This document shows, in pieces, positions 59,515 to 64,000 of a DNA stretch of 64,000 nucleotides (positions are counted from its first letter, which is position 1; each line of letters opens with the position of its first letter). The DNA is taken from contig JBNKBE010000015.1 in assembly GCA_050287085.1 (NCBI GenBank), forward strand, positions 1 to 64,000, written 5' to 3'. Below the pieces are notes generated by a model that did no database searches, was not told where the DNA came from, and worked only from the letters and a program-made list of their open reading frames with translations. The translations under genes and the position numbers were made by a program. Source of the stretch: Polyangiaceae bacterium. GTDB taxonomy: Bacteria > Myxococcota_A > Polyangia > Polyangiales > Polyangiaceae.

Positions 59515-60690
59515 TCAGTCGCGCGGTGCGATCTCGGAGAAGAAATCCCAGAACGCGCGCGGCGCGAAGTCGTCGCGGCGGTCGTGCCCTTTGCCGCTGG
59601 AGAGGCAGTACTGCAAAGGATAGTCACCACACCCCTCGAAACGCTGGCACGGACTGGGCTCGACAGGCATCGCGGAGTCCGGCGTGCAACCGTTGGCGGC
59701 GACCAAACGGTCCATGGCCGACTTGTGGTCGTTCCATTGGTTGTTCGGATCGGCCTGGTCCTGAATGTACATCTGCGCGACGTTGCCCTCAGCGCACTCA
59801 GGCGTGTCAAGCCTTCTCACGAACGCCCAGTCTTCCCCCGCAACGGTTCCGAGAGCGCGGAATGGGCCCGGCATCTTGCACGCTATGTGCGTTACAAGCC
59901 AAGCGCCGCTGCTGTAGCCAACGCCAAAGAGCCTGTTCTCGTCCACGCAGGCGCTCTCCTTGATCTGAGCGATCATGGCCTCAACGAAGGGTAGATCGAA
60001 GCTCACCGTGTCGTTGTCGACGGCTCCCGTAGCAAGATCGTTCCAGCAGTCCGCGACAGAAGCTCCGCGGACGTGGATGGCGTCCGCCCCAGCAACGTTC
60101 TCCATCGGTACGTTGTTGGTCTTGCCACCGCATCCGTGAAAGAGGAAATTGACGGGGTAAGCGCGATCCGGATCGTACCCTTCGGGCAAACGCACCGCCC
60201 AATTGCGCTGCTGCCCCTCGATGGCCAACGCGGGCTGATTCTCCCAGCTCCCAAGCGCGGCGAATGCCGCTTGGCCGCAACCGACACTTGGCGCGACGTC
60301 GTTTACGCTCGGCTCCGGTTCGTCCGTCGCGCCGCTACCGGCTACGCTTTCCGCCCCGCCAGTCCCGCCGTCACCGCCCGCGCCCGCATCGCCGCCGAAG
60401 CCGGCCGCGCCGCCCGTACCCCCGGAGCCACCGACGCCTCCAGCGCCGGCTGCGCCTCCCGCGCCCGAAGTGGGCTGCTCGGGAGGCATCGCCATACCAC
60501 CGTTGCCCCCTGAAACCGTGGACGACTCCCCCCCACTCTCCGGCCCCAGCGCCGTACTTCCTGCCCCCGCGCTCGTAGCCAGTCCGCCGCCGCCGTTATC
60601 ACCAGGGCCCGCCTCCTCGGAGCCGCAGGCGGCCGCGACGAGCAGCAGAAGCCCTGCCGGCAATGAGCGAATGAGTTGGGTTCGATACAT
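59515..60690 (-). CDS. alpha/beta-hydrolase lipoprotein (CE1 / PHB depolymerase-like)
   Basis: ATG 60690 after GAGGAG. AAAC lipobox, SVGCG, LFHGCGG, CVDENRLFGVGYSSGA, GKGH, FWDFF. Confidence 0.85.
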   Translation of the reverse strand: MYRTQLIRSLPAGLLLLVAAACGSEEAGPGDNGGGGLATSAGAGSTALGPESGGESSTVSGGNGGMAMPPEQPTSGAGGAAGAGGVGGSGGTGGAAGFGGDAGAGGDGGTGGAESVAGSGATDEPEPSVNDVAPSVGCGQAAFAALGSWENQPALAIEGQQRNWAVRLPEGYDPDRAYPVNFLFHGCGGKTNNVPMENVAGADAIHVRGASVADCWNDLATGAVDNDTVSFDLPFVEAMIAQIKESACVDENRLFGVGYSSGAWLVTHIACKMPGPFRALGTVAGEDWAFVRRLDTPECAEGNVAQMYIQDQADPNNQWNDHKSAMDRLVAANGCTPDSAMPVEPSPCQRFEGCGDYPLQYCLSSGKGHDRRDDFAPRAFWDFFSEIAPRD

Positions 60691-61596
60691 CGAGCTATCT
60701 CCTCTGGTAGGGGTAGATCCCATATCGTTGCTGGCCGCGCGCGCTCCGCCGTAGCGAGCGTAATTCGCGAAATCCTGTATCGGCCGGCAGGGATCGTGGA
60801 CCCCGCTTATCTCACAGCTCACTGAGCAACGCTCCATGCATAGCCACATTTCCGTCGCAACGCGTATCCCACCTCGAACTTTACCGTCCAGACAGAGCGC
60901 ATAGCGCAGAACGCGCCTGACGCCGCAGCGCGCCAGCGCCGGACGCTGCGGGGTGAGGAACAGGTCACGGCCGCAGCGCGTGCCCCCGTTTGGGCGAGGA
61001 GCCCCGGACAACCCCGTGCCGCCGCGCGCAGGTTAAGAATTGAGACAAGTCCAGCTGGCGCCACCGCCGCGATGCCCCTCGTTGACCGCTTACTCGAGGG
61101 AGCACCTCGCACGCACCCGCTGACGTCATCCCCACACGCAGCTCATTGCGGAGCCGGCAGCACTCGCACTGCGTTGTGCTCGGGATTGCCGGTGAGGCTC
61201 GCTGTCCGTTGCATGAACCAACTGGGTGTATCAGCCGGTAGCGTGCCCGACATGGGCGAGGCCCACCTGGCGCCGGAACATGGGTCACGCCAATCATCGA
61301 CGCGCTACTACCGCCGTGAAGATGAGGAGGTCGATATCTTGCCGCGGTAACTGCCGTCGTTTCCGGAGACCGTAGTCCTGCCGCACGCAGGGCGAACGAA
61401 GCGCTGCCGCGTCGAACGGCGCTGTTGCATCGAGTGCACTTCGCCGTCCCATCTCCGGATTCGAGGCCGAATCCCTTCGGGCGTCGTGGCGCGGGAACGG
61501 TCGCGGTCGTCGCGCGGCTACACTTGTTCCCCTAGCCCTGGACCTGCTCGCCCGATCCCTCAACACCGACACAAATCGGTTGCGCATTGTGGGCGA

Positions 61597-62697
61597 ATGT
61601 TGCAAGCCAACCTCCCGTTGCGAGTCATCATCGTCGCCACTCAGATCAGTTTGCCAGGCCGGCACGGCGGAACCACGCACGTTGGCGAGTTGGTGCGGAA
61701 CCTCCAACGACACGGTGACGTGCTCGTGCTGGGCCAACGGGGTTCAACACAGCCGGGCGTGGTGGGCGTGGGACTGAAACTGCGAGTGGGTCGCAGAGCC
61801 AATCAGGCGTTGGCATACGCCTACCTCCCGAGAGCTCTTTCGGCAGCGCGGAAGTTCCGCCCTGATGTGATCTATGAGCGTGGCTCTTCCTACGGCCTCG
61901 GCGCGTTGCTGAGCGAACGCCTGGGCATTCCGATGCTGTGTATGGTGCTCGATGAGCACTATAGCAATCGGTCGTTGCGTCGTGCCTCCAAGATCATTTC
62001 GACCACGGAGTCCACAGTCCCGGCACGCTACCGAGACAAGTTCGTCAAGGTGAGTTGGGGTGCCAACACCGAGCGCTTCCACCCCGACGTCCCCCCCATC
62101 AACAGCCCACTGCTAACGCCCTTTGCTGGGAAGACCCTAGGCTACGTGGGCTCTTTCAAAGGTTGGCACGGTCTTGAAGACCTGGTGCAGGCGGCAACGC
62201 GACTTCGTGACCGCCCTGTCCGCTTTCTAATGGTCGGTGACGGCGCCGGCCGAGCGGATATCGAGGCGTTGGTTCGTGCTGCCGGACTGAGTGATCGCTT
62301 CATATTCGTGGGCTCAGTAGCGTATGAAGAAGTGCCGAGCTGGATCTCCGCCATGGACATTTGCCTCGCTCCGTTTCGAGAACAACAGCACGGCGCCTCC
62401 AAGTCGGGTTTTGTACTCGACCCACTCAAGGTCTTCGAATATCTCGCCATGGGCAAGCCTACGATAACCATCAGCAGCGACAATATCCGGGCACTGCTAC
62501 GTCACGGTGAACATGCGTGGCTGTTCGACTCCGGCAACGTCGCAAGCTTGACCGGCGCCATCGAGCACGTCATTGATGACCTTCCCGCTGCCACCGCCAT
62601 GGCCGAGCGTGGTCGCAACCTCGTCTTGGAACGTCATACTTGGGCAGCACACGCTTCTCACTTGCACCGGCTGTTCCGCGAGATGTCCCGCGGCTGA
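61597..62697 (+). CDS. glycosyltransferase family 4
   Basis: GGTTHV, YVGSFKGWHG, VGDG, PLKVFEYLAMGKP, HTW. Confidence 0.93.
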   Translation: MLQANLPLRVIIVATQISLPGRHGGTTHVGELVRNLQRHGDVLVLGQRGSTQPGVVGVGLKLRVGRRANQALAYAYLPRALSAARKFRPDVIYERGSSYGLGALLSERLGIPMLCMVLDEHYSNRSLRRASKIISTTESTVPARYRDKFVKVSWGANTERFHPDVPPINSPLLTPFAGKTLGYVGSFKGWHGLEDLVQAATRLRDRPVRFLMVGDGAGRADIEALVRAAGLSDRFIFVGSVAYEEVPSWISAMDICLAPFREQQHGASKSGFVLDPLKVFEYLAMGKPTITISSDNIRALLRHGEHAWLFDSGNVASLTGAIEHVIDDLPAATAMAERGRNLVLERHTWAAHASHLHRLFREMSRG

Positions 62698-62718
62698 GGA
62701 CACAACCCACGAGCGTCA

Positions 62719-64000
62719 TCACCGCTGCCGTCGCAGCCAGCTCCGCACATAGCTCCAGTCCTCGCTTTGGATGCGACGGGTGATGCTGCCCAGAAGGGCA
62801 AAACCCAGCACCACAATTAACGTGATGGCGCCGAGCTTCAGACCCGCTGGCGCGAACCAGTAGCGCTTGAGTGCAAGCGCCGGCAATGCCGCAATGGCAG
62901 CCACCAACACGGTCTTGAAGTAGTCTGCAAGCGGGAAGGTACGCCGCAAGGGCACTCCTGCGGCCTGGCTGATGAACCAACAGTAGGCGAGCACTTCTGG
63001 AACAAAGGCTATCACGGTGCCCAAGGCGGGACCCTCGAAGCCCAACAGCCACAGAAGGGGAGGACTGATCAACACATTGCAGCCCACCGCAATGAGCGCG
63101 GCGTGGAGCACCTTGCGCGGAGCGCCGGCAGCCGTAATGACGTTGCCGAAGGTAGCCACCCTGCCCATAGTCCAGACGGCATACCACCTGAACACCCACG
63201 CGGCGTTGACGTAGCTGCTGGTGAAGAGCACTTCCATCGTCTCTTCCGCGGCTACGACCAACACCATACAAATGGGCACCACCAACAATGAGACCTTGAT
63301 CGCCGTATTGCGCCAGACAGCGATGGCTTCCGCGTTGTTTCCCTGAACGAAGAGCTCGCGCCAGCGAGGCATGAACGCGGCCCCAACAGGGTAAACGAGG
63401 CCTGTCACGAGAGGGACTTGCCACGCACCAGCCTGGTACTCCGCAAATTGGGCCGCGGGGTAAGAGATCAGGATCAAGTATTGGTCCAGGCGCGAATTCA
63501 GGAGCGAGACGATGACCGTCACTCCCAGCGGAAACGCGAAACGGATCAACTCGCGCCCCGATATGGGCGATGGCTGTCGCTCCACACCGCGGTAGATACG
63601 CCGAAGGGAATACAAGAGCACCGAGCCATAGAGGTAGCCAAATGCCGTGATGGATCCGACAACCATCCATAGGTTCAATCCCAATGCGATGGGCGTCAGC
63701 GTGAACAAGGTCTGCCCGGCTGCGCGGATCGTGCTCACCAGCGTGACCGACTGCGCCCTCCGCTCCGAGACCAGCAGATTGTTCAGCATCCGGCTCGGCA
63801 CGTCTGCCAGTGGGTACAAGGCCATCACATAGAGGTACTTGAGTGACGGCGCGTCTCCGCTTCCGGACCCCACAGACGTCAGGACTCCGGGAAAGAAATG
63901 GTCCACGCTGGCGATAAGTAGTAGCGCCAACGAGGCGCATACACCCAGACCCAGCATGGAGGCGGCAAAGCGCCAGGCGATCGCCCGCCGCTCTACGATG
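62719..64000 (-). CDS. oligosaccharide flippase (Wzx/MOP family), 5' end outside window
   Basis: Many TM helices; LIRFAFPL...LD...FAEYQAG, LGFEGPALGT. Confidence 0.85.
   Translation of the reverse strand, partial: IVERRAIAWRFAASMLGLGVCASLALLLIASVDHFFPGVLTSVGSGSGDAPSLKYLYVMALYPLADVPSRMLNNLLVSERRAQSVTLVSTIRAAGQTLFTLTPIALGLNLWMVVGSITAFGYLYGSVLLYSLRRIYRGVERQPSPISGRELIRFAFPLGVTVIVSLLNSRLDQYLILISYPAAQFAEYQAGAWQVPLVTGLVYPVGAAFMPRWRELFVQGNNAEAIAVWRNTAIKVSLLVVPICMVLVVAAEETMEVLFTSSYVNAAWVFRWYAVWTMGRVATFGNVITAAGAPRKVLHAALIAVGCNVLISPPLLWLLGFEGPALGTVIAFVPEVLAYCWFISQAAGVPLRRTFPLADYFKTVLVAAIAALPALALKRYWFAPAGLKLGAITLIVVLGFALLGSITRRIQSEDWSYVRSWLRRQR

Noticed and set aside
1..64000. tRNA/rRNA genes and the many long antisense ORFs
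   Set aside because: No tRNA or rRNA signatures were recognised by eye. The antisense ORFs are expected shadows of high-GC coding genes.

Overview
GC-rich bacterial DNA, most consistent with a myxobacterium (Polyangiales/Sorangiineae-like). This is inferred from the many lipoproteins with Gly/Ala-rich linkers, Cys-rich repeats, a DUF1592/DUF1552 pair and sigma54 regulation. From left to right the window holds: (1) an eroded accessory island (~0.1-4.7 kb) with an orphan Rhs-type C-terminal M15 peptidase, a candidate lipoprotein immunity gene, and ExeA-ATPase and Xer-recombinase remnants; (2) a sigma54/PAS-activator-associated cyanate ABC transporter plus cyanase operon; (3) a translationally coupled four-gene multiheme cytochrome c/FGE-family cluster; (4) a TetR-ABC exporter unit; (5) many secreted or lipid-anchored polysaccharide enzymes (GH5-like, GH44, GH10, two CE1-like esterases, and a ~1530-aa sugar dehydrogenase-cytochrome-lectin fusion); (6) a PspA/vWA module with a two-component system; (7) an SLC13 permease, a BLUF protein and a collapsed hflX/ABC-F operon with a candidate leader peptide; (8) a glycosyltransferase and a partial flippase. 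The most striking element is at ~37.5-40.0 kb. A solitary HUH (Y1/RAYT-like) transposase sits between two irregular mosaic arrays of short repeats. The arrays share the core AACCTGGTTAGG in inverted orientation, and their units have one fixed end and one variable end. Product calls come from motif recognition by eye, not database searches.
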